From positions 43,464,001-43,528,000 of the forward strand of contig NC_058368.1 of NCBI RefSeq assembly GCF_018350175.1: 64,000 nt of DNA. Direction: 5' to 3'. How positions within the stretch are numbered: the first letter of the stretch is position 1; each line of letters starts with the position of its first letter. Below, in pieces: positions 38,811 through 52,158 of the stretch. The notes beneath the pieces are model-generated. The model had not been told where the DNA came from, did not search any database, and saw nothing but the letters and a program-made list of their open reading frames with translations. This DNA comes from Felis catus (lineage: Eukaryota). Made by a program: the position numbers and the translations under genes.

Positions 38811-40229
38811 TTAATTTTGCAAAGCACACCATATTTTAAAATTTAAATAGTATCAATGCATTAACCTCAAAATAGGTTTCTCAATATTTATTAGAATGAA
38901 ATACATCTCTTTTGTTCCCTCAGTTTTCTATGTCTTAGTGATATCATATATGGCAGGAAGAAAAGTCAAAAGCATGAATTCAGTTGGGGTCATGATTTTA
39001 CAATTCATTCTTACTTATCCACCCTGTTGATTCTTTGACTCACTAAATTTTTGTCATATTTCTTTTAGGTCAGCAACCTACCAACTCAGGGTACTTTACT
39101 GCAATCCATGATAAAAAGTATATAAGAAACAATTTAATGTTACATATAATGCCATCCCCCCACCCCCAGATCTCTTTTTACAGTAAAGCCAGCATATCTA
39201 AATTGTTTAAAGCCACAGCACATGGTGCATAATTAATACCCTCTTTGTTACTATTTGTTATTTAGCTTTGGCATTTCTATGATTACTGCACTATATTATG
39301 GCAAACTGGATGGGATAGTAATGTTAAAGCCAAGATAGTTTCTTCTTAAGGATAAAGGGAAGAATTACACATCTTAGATAAGGACCTATGACTGGAAAAC
39401 AGAAATGGGTGACAGAATGAGAATAAGACCTTCTTTGTCTAGATGTAGAACATGTCAGTGTGTCTAGATGTGACTGGTTTATTAGATGTTACTTTTTATC
39501 TCAATGTGGGCTAAGAGATCATAAGTCATGATCACAACCTGGTACCCATAAAGTTGTATCACGCCTTGACAGCTGATTCTTGGCAGTGTTGAAGGAGAGG
39601 TTATCAAATTATCTGTAAAAGTATTTCAGATAACCTATGCCAGTTCCATTTGGAGATTATTCTGTTCCTCTAAATTCCACATCCTTACTGTCTTTCAAAT
39701 CCATGTACACATTCCTCCACTTCCCCAATATCTTAGTTCATCCCTTTAAAATCTCTCTCAATTGTATTACTGCAAAAAACTCTTTTCCAATTTTCTTGAT
39801 TCCAGTAATGTTTATATTCAATCTATTTCTATATTATATAACAACTAATTTTCTCATATAAAGTAGGAAACACTGATTCTTGGCTATCATAATCTTGGAA
39901 GAGGATGGAGAAGTCTGTAGTCAAATGGGATTGGAAAACACTGCATAATAAATCTCCCTCTGTGACATTGGTAATAAATGTCAACACATTAATATAACCA
40001 TGCAGTTTTTTGAATTAAAGAATTGTATTTAATTGTATTTAACCCAGTGGCTCATTTATTGAAGACAGAAGCTTTGCTTTATGTTCTAAGAAATAAATGT
40101 GGTCATGACATTGTGATGCTTAACCTCAAAGACTACCAGTTGATTACAGAATACATTCCCAAGTCTTGGCATTTTCTTCAAACTTTTTTTAATATTTAAT
40201 TTCTCATCACGTGTCCATTCCTACTTCAT

Positions 40230-40800
40230 ACTGTCTCTTTCTCCACATACTTTGTTCAATCTATATTGAACAAATACTAATACATTGATCTTTTCTTCTC
40301 ATTTCTAAGGTGATGTATTTGTTGCTCTTTCTGCATGGAATAATTTTCCCCATCCTAACTGACTAACTTCTGGCCTCAGAAAGCCTACACTAACCATCAA
40401 GACCTAGGGTACAATCCCCTTATATGTACCTCCATAATATTTTTTGCTTACTACTGTACTTTTTACAAATACAGTAAATCTAGGGGCGCCTGGGTGGCGC
40501 AGTCGGTTAAGTGTCTGACTTCAGCCAGGTCATGATCTCGCGGTCCGTGGGTTCGAGCCCCGCGTCAGGCTCTGGGCTGATGGCTCAGAGCCTGGAGCCT
40601 GTTTCTGATTCTGTGTCTCCCTCTCTCTCTGCCCCTCCCCCGTTCATGCTCTGTCTCTCTCTGTCCCAAAAATAAATAAACGTTGAAAAAAAAATAAAAA
40701 AAAACAAAAACAAATACAGTGAATCTACATTTGAGGGCAGGGCATATAGTTTACTCTACATTGTGTCCTTGAAATCCAACATGGTGGTGAGTATGTTAGA
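40230..40800 (+). mobile_element. LINE-2 3' relic interrupted by a SINE
   Basis: ttgttgctctttctgcatggaataattttccc...tttgagggcagggcatatag. Confidence 0.45.
40483..40709 (+). mobile_element. Young SINEC_Fc-type SINE
   Basis: ggggcgcctgggtggcgcagtcggttaag, CpG-rich; TSD acaaatacagt(a/g)aatcta 40465-40482/40710-40727. Confidence 0.97.
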
Positions 40801-40811
40801 TTCTAGATAGA

Positions 40812-41013
40812 TTTTTTTAAGTTTATTTATTTATTTTGAGAGTGAGAGAGAATGGGGGAGGGGTTGAGAGACAGGGAGAAAGAGAATCCGAAGCAGGCTC
40901 CATGCTGTCAGCACAGAGCCCAATGTGGGGCTCTATCTCACAAACCCTATGATCGTGACCTGAGCCAAAATTGAGAGTTGGATGCTTAACCAACTGAGCC
41001 ACCCAGGTTCCCC
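40812..41013 (-). mobile_element. Can-SINE
   Basis: ttaaccaactgagccacccaggttcccc. Confidence 0.92.
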
Positions 41014-43102
41014 TGGATGAATTTTTTTCAATATGTCATATAATAAATTGGCTGCAAGATTGAGATAAATAGCATATGAGATATTTCAATGAAGAGGAAA
41101 AACTAAAAAAAAAAAAAATCATTTTTTTTTCTAATTTGGAAGACCTTGAGTTTTGTGTTGGTTAACTATTAAATAACATAATGGTCATCTTGGGAAAAGT
41201 TACTTAATATCTCTTTAGATGTTGTAGAAAGAACTGAAGACATGGAAAGGACAACAGAGTAATGAAAAACAAGGAAAAATACTTTGAGTTTATAGACATA
41301 GTAATCAGATTTCTCCAGTCCATTTTTACGGCTTTTTGTATCTCCAAATTTAACATAGGTCTTGTTTTTCAAATTAGTGTCCCTTGTTTGTTCTTACAAC
41401 TTTAAACACAAGTACCAAAAGAAGGCAAAATTGTGATGTATTAGTAAGGGAAAGGAATTAAATTCTCTGTTGTATGATTCACTCACTCTCTTCACCAGGA
41501 CGATGCCCCCAGGGAAAAGAAAGATGGAAAGTGGCTAAATTTTATCTTCTTATAAATAGGACTTCTTTGTAAATAGACAAATGAGGATACTTACTTGGGG
41601 AAAGAATTTATCTATGAAATATCCTTGGCATAATGTCCCTGTACTTGTCAATTCTAGTATATAGAACTGAGAATCTATAGAACTAGTTTTCTGCAGAATG
41701 TCACATAAACTACTAAATATTCTAGGATATAAATAATACCACTAGTGTGCCCCACTATGTGAGGGCCCTTACAGACATCATTCTAAGCCAGAGGATCACT
41801 TCCAATGCAGGAAGAAAAATGCTGAAAACCTGTCCATAATGTTCCTATGCCATTTCTGCTTCATATGAGCTTCTTTCTTTATCATCTTTATTGTTGAAAG
41901 TATTTCATAAATATTGATACTAAGATCCCTGACTTATTTGAGTCTGATTTAAGTTGCTGATCCTGTGTTTGCTCAAATCAATAATCAAATTGTTTTGGCT
42001 TCCTTAAGTTTCCCAATTGTTTTCTCTTTTCCTGTCAAAGATGCTGTTCCTCTCCTATCTCTTACCCTTTCATGCCTTAAACTGTTAAATTTTTTGAAAG
42101 TTAAAACAATTGATACTGATTTAACTGAGCTATTCACATTTATAAATAGCTATTAAAGCAGAGTAGCTTGGGAAAATAGTGGAGTAGGAGGACCCTAAGC
42201 TCATCCCATCCCATCTTTGCAATTCGATATCACTCACATCTGAGTTAACAGACTGGAGAGCAATCAGAAGACTGGCAGAACAAATTCCACAACTAAATGT
42301 AGAAATAAGCCACATCTGACAGGTTAGGAAGAGCAGAAACTGTGATCAGAAGCTGCCCATAGGAGGGAGGAACTGCAGGTATGGAGAGGGGAAAGCACCA
42401 GGGAAACCACATGAGAAGACAGATCCCCATAATGTCTGGCTTTGAAAAACAGAGGGACCAAATTTCTTGAGTTTATATAACCAGCTGCACTTGGAGCCTA
42501 TAGCTTAAAAGTCAGCTGACTCAGTAGGTAAGCCTGGAGGGTAAAATCTGGGTCCCCGACCTTAAAGAGACAGCAGCCCACAGAGAGGTAACATAGAAGC
42601 AACAGTTTACACAACGCCTGGGGTAATGGGAGGTAGATCTGTGTATATGAATTTCAGAACATGTTGGGGTACTTCTCTGAGAAAAAGAGCTGGCAGGCCC
42701 TGTTTTCCTCCCCTACTCTCCAGCATGAACACAGAGTCACCTGCAGGAATAGTGGCTGCACAGACACTTGCTACCTAACATGCTACCAGTGTGTCTTGCT
42801 GTTGAGCTCTCCTGAGAACTCACCCACTTCAAGCATGCTGGAAACACAGACACAGAGAGATGGACAAAATGAGGAGAGAGAGGAATATTTCCCCGGTGAA
42901 AGAACAAGACAAAATCACAGCAGAAGATCTATATGAAATAAGTAATATGCCTAACAGAGAATTTAAAGTAATGATCATAAAGGTATTCACTGGACTTCAG
43001 AAAGGGGCAGAAGACATGAGTGAGACTCTTGACAGAGAAATAAAAAAATAACATATCAGAAATGAAGTACTCAATAAATGAAATAAAAAATACAGTAGAT
43101 GA

Positions 43103-43303
43103 GGGGAGCCTAGGTGGCTTAGTCAGTTGACACTCTGTCTTCAGCCCAGGTCATGATCTCATGGTCCTTGGGTTCAAGCCCTGCATCAGGCTCTATGCTG
43201 ACAGCTGAGATCCTGGAGCCTGCTTCAGATTCTGTGTCTCCCTCTCTCTCTGCCCCTCCCCTGCTTGCATTCTGTCTCTCTATCAAAAATAAATAAACAT
43301 TTT
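43103..43303 (+). mobile_element. Can-SINE inserted in L1 ORF1
   Basis: TSD aaaaatacagtagatg 43086-43101/43304-43319. Confidence 0.95.
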
Positions 43304-44257
43304 AAAAATACAGTAGATGGAATAAACAGTCACTACAGGAAGCAGAGGAATATATAAGTGACTGGAGGATGGAGTAATGGAAAGTAATCAAGTTGAACAG
43401 GTGAGAGACAATGCTGCATAATGAGAATGGACTTAAAAAAGTCAATGACACCATTGAATGTAATAACATTTCCATTATAGGGATCCCAGAAGGTAAGATA
43501 GAGAAAGGGGGGCAGAGAATGTATTTGAAGAGCTGGGAACTTTCCAAATCTGTTGAGGGAAACAGAGAATTGGATTCAGGAGACAGAAGGATCCCCCAAT
43601 AAATTCAACCCAAAGAGGTCCACACCAAGAAACATAATGATTAAAATGGCAAAAAAAAAATAGTGATAAATAATTTTAAAGGTTGAAAGAGAAAAGAACA
43701 CAGTTATATACAAAGGAAACTTCAATAGGCTATCAGCTGATTTTTCAGCAGAAACTTTATAGGCCAGGAAAGGCACTATATATTCAAGGTGCTGAAAGGG
43801 AAAAATCTGCAGTCAAGAATACTCTATCCAGCAAGACTATTCTTCAGAATAAAAGGAGAGAGAGTTTCCCAGATAAACAAAAGTTAAAAGAATTAATGAT
43901 CACTAAACCAGTCCTACAAGAAATGTTAAGGGGGAAAAATGTTAAAGGGGACTCTGTGAGTGGAAAACGAAAACCATGAGTAAGAGTAAGAAAATTAGGA
44001 AGTGCAAAAGCAAAACAATTCAGACACATGTAACTGTAAAAAATTATTCAAGAGAAATACAAAATAAAAGGATACAAAATCTTGTATCTTGACTCAAATA
44101 TCTGAAATGGAGAGGAGAGAGGACTAAAGAATGCATTCAAAATTAAGTGACTATCAGCTTAATAGAGAGTGCTATAGGAAGAAGATGTTATATATAAATG
44201 AAATGGTAACCACAAATAAAAAAAAAGCAGTAATGGATATGCAAAAAAAAAAAATTA

Positions 44258-44383
44258 GGGGCATGTAGGTGATTCAGGTGTTTAAGCGACCAACTCTTGA
44301 GTTTAGCTTAAGTCATGATTTCATGGTTTGTGGGATCAAGCCCTACATTGGGCTCTGAGCTGAAAGCATGAAGCCTGCTTGAG

Positions 44384-44429
<46 letters not shown>

Positions 44430-44470
44430 CTCTCTCTCTCTCTCAAAGTAAATAAACTATAAAAACAAAC
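44258..44470 (+). mobile_element. Can-SINE at an L1 internal deletion junction
   Basis: ggggcatgtaggtgattcag head, long (CT)n, A-tail; no TSD seen. Confidence 0.9.
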
Positions 44471-45048
44471 AAAACCCAAAAGTAGAAGAAGGAAATAATA
44501 ATGATTAGAGCAAAAATAAACAAAATAGAAACTATAACAACAAAAATTAGAACAGATCAGTGAAGCCAGGGACAGGTTCTTTGAAAAGATCAACAAAATT
44601 TATAAACTTTTATTTAGCCAGACTCATTGTCAAAAAACAAAAACAAAACAAAAAAAGGACTCAAACACAGATTCAAAGTGGATTAAGGACCTAAATGGGA
44701 GACCTGGAACTATAAAAATCTTAGAAGAGAGCATAGGCAGTAATTTTTCCAACATCTGACATAGCAACTCTTTTCTCAATATGTCTCCTGAGGCAAGGGA
44801 AGCACAAGCTAAAGTAAACTGTTGGGAATCTATCAAAATAAAAAGCTTCTGTGCAGCAAATGAAATAATCAACAAAATTTAAAGACACCTACTGAATGGG
44901 AGAAGATAATTGCAAATGACATATCTGATTAAGGGTCAGTATCCCCTCAATATAATACATCACATTAATAAAGAAAGTATAAGAGCCATATGATCATTTC
45001 AACAGTTACAGAAAAGCACTTAATAACATTCACTCATGATAAAAACCA

Positions 45049-45595
45049 TCAACAAAATAGGATTAGAGGGAACATACCACAACATAATAAAGGCCACACC
45101 TGAAAAACACACAGCGAATGTCATCCTAACTGGGAAAAACAAAAACAAAAACAAACAACTGAGAGCACTTCCTCTATGGTGAGGAACAAGAAGGAATGAT
45201 CCCTTTCACCACTATTACTTAACATAGTACTGGAAGTCCTAACCATAGGAATCAGACAAGAAAAAGAAATAAAAGGCATCCAAATCAGCAAGGAAGAAGT
45301 CAAACTTCCACTATTTGCAGATGGCATGATACTCTATATAGAAAACCTGACACTCCATCCCAAAACTGCTAGAACTGATAAATGAATTCAGTAAAGTCAC
45401 AGGAAACAATATCAGCATACAGCAATCTGTTGCATTTCTATACACAGATAATGAAGCAGCAGAAAGAGAAATTAAGGAATCAATCCCATTTACAAATGCA
45501 CCAAAAACTATAAGATACCTAGGAATAAACCTAGTCAAAGCGTTGAAAGACTCTGAAAACTATAAAACACTGATGAAAGACATTAAAGATGGTGC

Positions 45596-45639
<44 letters not shown>

Positions 45640-46598
45640 AGACATTCCAAGCTCATGGATTGGAAGAAAAAATATTGTTAAAATGCCTATACTGTCCAAA
45701 GCAATCTACACATTTAATGCAATCCCTATCAAAATACTACCAACCTTTTTTACAGAGCTAGAACAAACAATCCTAAAATTTGTATGGAAACACAAAGGAC
45801 CCCAAATAGCCAAAGTAACCTTGAAAAAGCAAAGCAAAGCTGGAGGTATCACAATTCTGGACTTCAACTTAATATTACAAAGCTGTAATATAAACAATAT
45901 ATATGAAAGGTGTAATCAAAACAGTGTAGTACTGACACAAAAATAGACACATAGATCAACACAACAGAACAGAAATCCAGAAATGAACCCACAACTATGT
46001 GGCCAATCAATCTTTGACAAAGTAGGAAAGAATATCCAGTGAGGAAAAAAAAAAGTCTCCTGAACAAATGGTGTTGGGAAAACTGGACAGAAACATGCAA
46101 AAGAATGAAACTGGACCATTTTCTTACACCATACACACAAATAAATTCAAAATGGATGAAAGACTTAAATGTGAGACCTGAAACCTAGAATCCTAGAACA
46201 AAGGCAGTAAACCTCTTTGACACTGGCTATAGCAACTTCTTACTCGATATGTCTGCTGAAGCAAGGGAAACAAAAGCAAAACCAAACTGTTGGGAATTCA
46301 TCAACACAAAAACCTCTGCACAGCAAAGGAAACAATCAACAAAACTTAAAGACAACCTACGGAATGGGAGGAGATACTTGCAAAGAGCATGATAAAGAGC
46401 TCTTTGTATCCCAAATACATAAAGAAATCATAAAACTCAACACCCAAACACAAATGATCCAATTAAGAAATGAGAAGATGTGAATAAAGAAGACATCCAG
46501 ATGGACAACAGACACATGGAAAGATGCTTGACATCACTCATCATCAGGGAAGTGCAAATCAAAACTACAAAACGACTCCACACCTGTTAGAATGGCTA
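45049..46598 (+). repeat. Left arm of a near-identical inverted repeat (L1 ORF2 sequence)
   Basis: Reverse complement of 57076-58672; identical ORF-track peptides in both arms, e.g. 46217..46483(+) = 57191..57457(-). Confidence 0.97.
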
Positions 46599-48159
46599 AA
46601 ACAGAAAACATAAGAAACAACAAGTGTTGGACAGGATATGGAGAAATAGGAACCCTTGTGCACTGTTTTTGTGAGTGCAAACTCTTGCAGCCATTCTGGA
46701 AAACAGCATGGTGTTTCCTCAAAAAATGTAAAACAGAACTACCTTCTACAATAACTGTACCACTGTGTATTTACCAACAAACAAACAAACAAACAAATAA
46801 AAAACACTAATTAATAGGGATTCATGCAGTCCTGTTTATTGCAGCAGTATTTACAATAGCCAGATTATGGGAGTAGCCCAAGTGCATCAGTAAATGAATG
46901 AATAAAGAGGAAGACACGCATACACACTGAAATATTATTCAGCCATAAAAATGAATTAAATCTTGCCATTTGGAACAACACTGATGGAGATATAGAGTAT
47001 AATGCTAATGCTAAGTGACATAAGTAGTTAGAGAAAGACAAATACCATATGATTTTATTCATATGTGGAATACAAGAAACAAAAAAATGATCAAAGGGAA
47101 AAAAGTGACAGAGGGAGAGAACACAAACTAAGAACCAGACTCTTAGCTATAGAGAATAAACTGTTTACCAGAGGGTAGATTTATGGTAGAATAAATGAAA
47201 TAGGTAATTGGGACTAAAGTGTACATTTGTCATGATGGGCACTGAGTAATGTACAGAATTGTTGAACCACTATATTGTATACCTGAAACTAATGTAACAC
47301 TGGATGTTATTATATTGGAATTAAAACTAAAAACTTAGTAAGATAAATAAATAAGTATATAAATAAATAAATATGTAAATATATAAATAAAAAAGCATTT
47401 AATAAAAAAATAGCCATTAAAGCACTGGGCATAACGGGAAGAATACTGATAACAGAATTCCAGCTTTATCATACTTTGTAAAATGGTTTTGTTTTAATGG
47501 ATTTCTTGTTTCATTATTTTATCAACTAAACTAAAATGGTTTCTGATTTCTTTGCAGGTCTCAGGGTGTGTATGGCATTATAAGTCTCCATATCTGAACC
47601 AAATTTTTGGTGTGGGCCATGGTCACTGCAAGTGACCATGATAATTAACTACCTCATGTCTATATTAGTTTACTAATTTCTGTATTAGCAAGTTTACTAA
47701 TTAATTATACTTTTAAATTAAAGAATGAGGAAATCTAGTCAGTCTGTATATTTTTTTACTCTAGAAAGAGTGCTAGTCATCAGAATTTTGGCATCAGCTA
47801 TTTTAGACTAGTGTTTTAGTGCATTTCAAATCACATTTCATAAAAAGGCCTTCCTTCTTACATATTACATCTGTTTCTGTTTACATCTTACATCCCTTTG
47901 GGACTTCCCAGAAATTTTTTCTTCAATCACTGAAATAAGGTATTTAAATAAATTAAATAAATACATTATTAAATTAAATAAAGAAGAACAGAAATAATTT
48001 ACTTATAGGCAGGGGTACTGATAAGAAATACAATAAACAAGATAGTTAGCTCAAAAATATCTAAGAAATGGAAAAGACAATGCTACAATAGATGATTTCT
48101 GGGCATTAGTATGTCTTAAGCACTAGGTTTCCAAGAGGATTAAAAAATAACCAAGATTT

Positions 48160-48380
48160 ACTGAACATATATAAGCACCACACATTGAGATTCTTTATAA
48201 ACGTTAGCTAATTCATCCTTGAATTGATTTTGAGGTGTTTATTTTTATCCTTATTTTATAAGAGTTTGAGACCCAGAGAATTTCATTGCCTTCAACAAAG
48301 TTTCATAGCTAGCAAGCGATAGAATTGGGCTTCATATCTACATCTTTCTAAATCCATAGCCCATACATGAACATAACTAT
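48160..48380 (-). mobile_element. MIR relic
   Basis: atttactgaacat...atttttatccttattttata...tttgagacccagagaa...catagctagcaag. Confidence 0.6.
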
Positions 48381-50349
48381 TGAATTCGTCAATTACATTA
48401 CACTGTGCATTAAAAATAACAAGAACACTTTTGCACCCATAATTTTATTTTAAATGTCATAGTGACTTGAGTACAGGATAATAGAAACTGCAGGATAATG
48501 TACCAAACTGCATGTTCCCTTAACCATTCTATGTTCCTCTCAACTCTTAATCAAGTAATCACAGATTTGGAAGGGGCTTAAAGGATCAGCTAATAGACAC
48601 TCTTCCCTGGGCATGATAACTGATATAAAGCATCCTCTACGATCAGTGCCTTCTTTCCCTTTTTTCTTCTAGGTACTATGCATCTCCATTTTGCAAACCA
48701 ATGATCCTTTTGTGGTGTATGCTCTATGATGCTAAAGAATATAAGCAAACAAACACTTAACATTTTATAAATAAACTCATGTACTTTTTTCTAAGTGAAT
48801 AATTTGTAAATTTAACATATGAAACTAAAAGCAATTTTGTGATTTACTGGAATTCATTATGCTAACCACAGTGTCCACTGTCTACTTTTATCCCTAGGCA
48901 ATTTTACTCCCCTTTTGTTGTGTTCATTTAGTTTTCTCTATCATATGTTTGTTATCTGTTAGTAAGTCATTGCAGCCTGTTTTTCAGCTTTAGGGGAGGA
49001 CAAATAATTTGGATTACTATCATAATTTGGGAAATATAATTAGTATGACTTTGTCAAGATGGTGTAAATAAGGAGAGTCACACCAGTCCCTAAGTTAGTC
49101 TCTCTCTCTCTCCTTGTTTTATTTGTTTTATATAGTGACTTAACTTGAGCTTAGTAGAAGAATACAGAAAAAAAGCTGCAAAAACCATACTTTAAGTCAC
49201 TGGCAGATTCTTCAGAGACTGACTTATTAAATACATATATTTATTTTTATATCTGAGTTTAAAGACTAAATTTACCACATAATATTCATATTTCACATGT
49301 ACATTTTGAATTGTAGATAATTGGTCAATATGGTCCTTCTGCACTTTAATCTTTAGCAGAAATCTGTCTGTAGTAAATTGTTCCCATTTAATTTCAACTA
49401 ATTCTATACAATAGGGTCCAATGCATTTTGACCTTAGTCTTCAGTGAGGAATGTATAAGATTGGTAATGTATATAGTATTTTCATTAGGCACTTACATGT
49501 GCAAGTGTTAATTATTAAAAAGAAAGAGAAAACAAGAACATATGATGCAAATATGATACTGCTTACCAGATATATAGTAGGATATAATTGATGATTTGTC
49601 TAAAAATCAAGTTACACTAGACAGTTCCATATCTATTTTAGTGGCATGTCAACATTGTGGCATTATATTACCTTTCATATAAAATTTCACTGTTCTAGAA
49701 GTAAATGCTGCCAATTTTTTTGTTATTTTTGAGTTACTGTTTTGATCAGTTTATTATTTAAATGTAATGCACTAAAGTTAATAATTTACATAATGGGGAA
49801 AAATACTGGAAACCAATTTTTAGTATCAACTATGTGACTGTTTAACCTTGAACTCAGGTCAATATTCTTGGGATTCCATTTTATTGAGATTTAGAATCAG
49901 AGTAACAGACCTACCCTGCTAGATACAATGGGATATTGTAGGGAATAGTTACATAGCATCTGTGTTAGCCGTATATTTATCAGAAATAGTAAAAGAGGAG
50001 CTTATAGAACTTGAAAGGTAGAAGGGGAGTGCATAATGAGGAATAACATAATTAAATAATTAAAATCTAAAGCAATGGATGTATTTAGCCTTGTGGGTAA
50101 AATCTTTGACCCTGTGACATCCAAGTTTGCTAGAATCCTAACTGTCTTATCATGGTTGAGATGTAAACTGAAATAAAATGATGAAAAGCTAAAACAAACA
50201 AACAAACAAAAACTAAACAACCAAAAAAACTAGAATCTGCAGAACCTTATTTATTATTTATAACTTCCTGACACCATATTTCACAGGAGAAGCTAGGATG
50301 GCAGGGTGGAAAATGTTGAATTTAAGTAGAAATAGTCAATTACCAGGTG

Positions 50350-50641
50350 CATCTAGGATGAACTACATTTGGGAAATCGTGCTGTTAAGTCCTTCTCTGT
50401 GAGGGCTAATTATTGTTTACCCTAAGAACATGTATACAATGGCTTGTGTCTGCTTGCCTATGAAAGGGGTAAGATTTCTCTTTGCCTTTGCAATCTTTTA
50501 GGGTACTGCCTGTGATGTATGCTACACTCTGGTTTAATGCTTATTCCATAATAAAACTGTTTTTTTCTCTACTACCTTTGTGGAGATGTTTTTTTGAATT
50601 GGGAAAAGATTTCATTTTTAATCATATTTGCCCAAAAAACA
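50350..50641 (+). mobile_element. MER34-like ERV1 LTR 3' part
   Basis: ctggtttaatgcttattccataataaaactgttttttt...ctactacctttgtggag...atatttgcccaaaaaaca. Confidence 0.65.
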
Positions 50642-51411
50642 GCAATATTTGTGTGTGTGTGCACATGTGTGCACACATATCTGCCCATTTGGGAAACTGT
50701 CAAAGAAAAAATGAGAATACTTGTATATTATTATATTGTATTCAGTTTAAATGGCTAATTAATTCTATTAGCTATTACATACATAGAGAACCCACTGTTC
50801 ATGGATAATTAGCTAACAATTTGATATTATACTTCTACTTTAAGGAGATATATAAAATAAACATTCTCCTTATTTTTTAACATGTATGTGCCAGATTTTA
50901 CAAATGTTGCCCAAAGCCACAGTTATTATAATCCACATTTTAAATAGTCCCATAACTTAACAGCTATCTATTGTTTAATTAAATTTCTGGCTCAAGATGG
51001 AGCTGTTCCTGCCCAACTTGCCACATCAACAAACTGAAACTTAGATGACTTTTGTGTCCCTATAAATGCTGTAAATTATGTAGTGATTATTCTTTCTACA
51101 GAAAAGCAAAAAATATAGGATGGCTGTAGGTGGGATTTTAAAATCTCAATAAAAGTTGCTAATTTGAAACCTAAGATGGGACATAAGTAGAAAGGCTGTT
51201 TCTAAGGTCACCTTCTGTTACCATCCTGAATTAAATGCACTTTGGGATAATATGAAATATTGCACTAGAAAATACACTTTGGAAAAATTCTAGTTGTATG
51301 TAACAGTGTGAGACAATAGGCCACGTTTTCTAACCAAAAAACAAACAAATTTGGAGGGGACAGCTCAAGAAATAGTAATGTGTTAAAATCTCTTTAAACA
51401 TCTAATATATA

Positions 51412-51439
51412 TATTTTTAAATGTTTATTTATTTTTTTT

Positions 51440-51485
<46 letters not shown>

Positions 51486-51606
51486 AGACACAGGATCCAG
51501 GCTCTGTGAGAATCTGACACAGGCGGGGGTTCGAACCCAAGAACCTTTGAGATCATAACCTGAGCCGAAGTTGGACACTTATGAAGCCAAGCCACCCAGG
51601 CATCCC
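51412..51606 (-). mobile_element. Can-SINE with expanded (GA)n
   Basis: gagatcataacctgagccgaagttggacactt...gccacccaggcatccc. Confidence 0.9.
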
Positions 51607-51913
51607 ATAAAATCTACATTTTTAAAACACTGGAAAGTTCCCAGTGCAAATTACATGTTTACCATACTTTTATCTCTTCCTCAGAAGAATCCTATTAAAA
51701 AGGGGGATGGGACAGATGGCTCACATCTATTGTTGATTTTGTAAACATTTTAAACTCAACTTACTGCATATTTTGCAGTGATCTGAAACATCTTTTACCA
51801 ATACCTATTTGCATTCAGTTGCCATTTGTTCAACCTATCAGGTATTTTTCTATGACTTTCTTTCTAACCTAAATGAAAATGATCCTGTGGACTATTTAAA
51901 CCTTGACTATCTC

Positions 51914-51914
51914 T

Positions 51915-51977
<63 letters not shown>

Positions 51978-52158
51978 TTTTAGAGAGAGAGTGCAAGCAG
52001 GGAAGAAGGACAAAAAAAGAAAGAAAATCTTGGGAGGGAGAGAGAATCCATGCTGAGTATGGGGCCTGATGTGGGGCTCGATTCCACAACCCTGGGATCA
52101 TGACATGAGCCCAACGAAGAGTCATTCATTCAATAGACTGAACCATCCAGGCACCCCT
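51914..52158 (-). mobile_element. Can-SINE with (TTTA)n tail
   Basis: gggatcatgacatgagc...actgaaccatccaggcacccc. Confidence 0.9.

Larger units (their letters stand above)
42161..47407 (+). mobile_element. Old carnivore LINE-1, internally rearranged (EN domain missing, one ORF2 segment present twice)
   Basis: 5' end ggagtaggaggaccct; ORF1 remnants (ISNMPNREFKVMIIK, IIGIPEG, ITKPVLQEML); ORF2 remnants; 3'UTR and A-rich tail; TSD aaatagc(t/c)attaaagca 42144-42160/47408-47424. Confidence 0.93.

Noticed and set aside
25210..48700. Acceptor-like pyrimidine-AG sites (about 25228, 32136, 35831, 39068, 47557, 48672) as exons
   Set aside because: No matching donors or recognisable coding frames; such motifs are common in AT-rich DNA.
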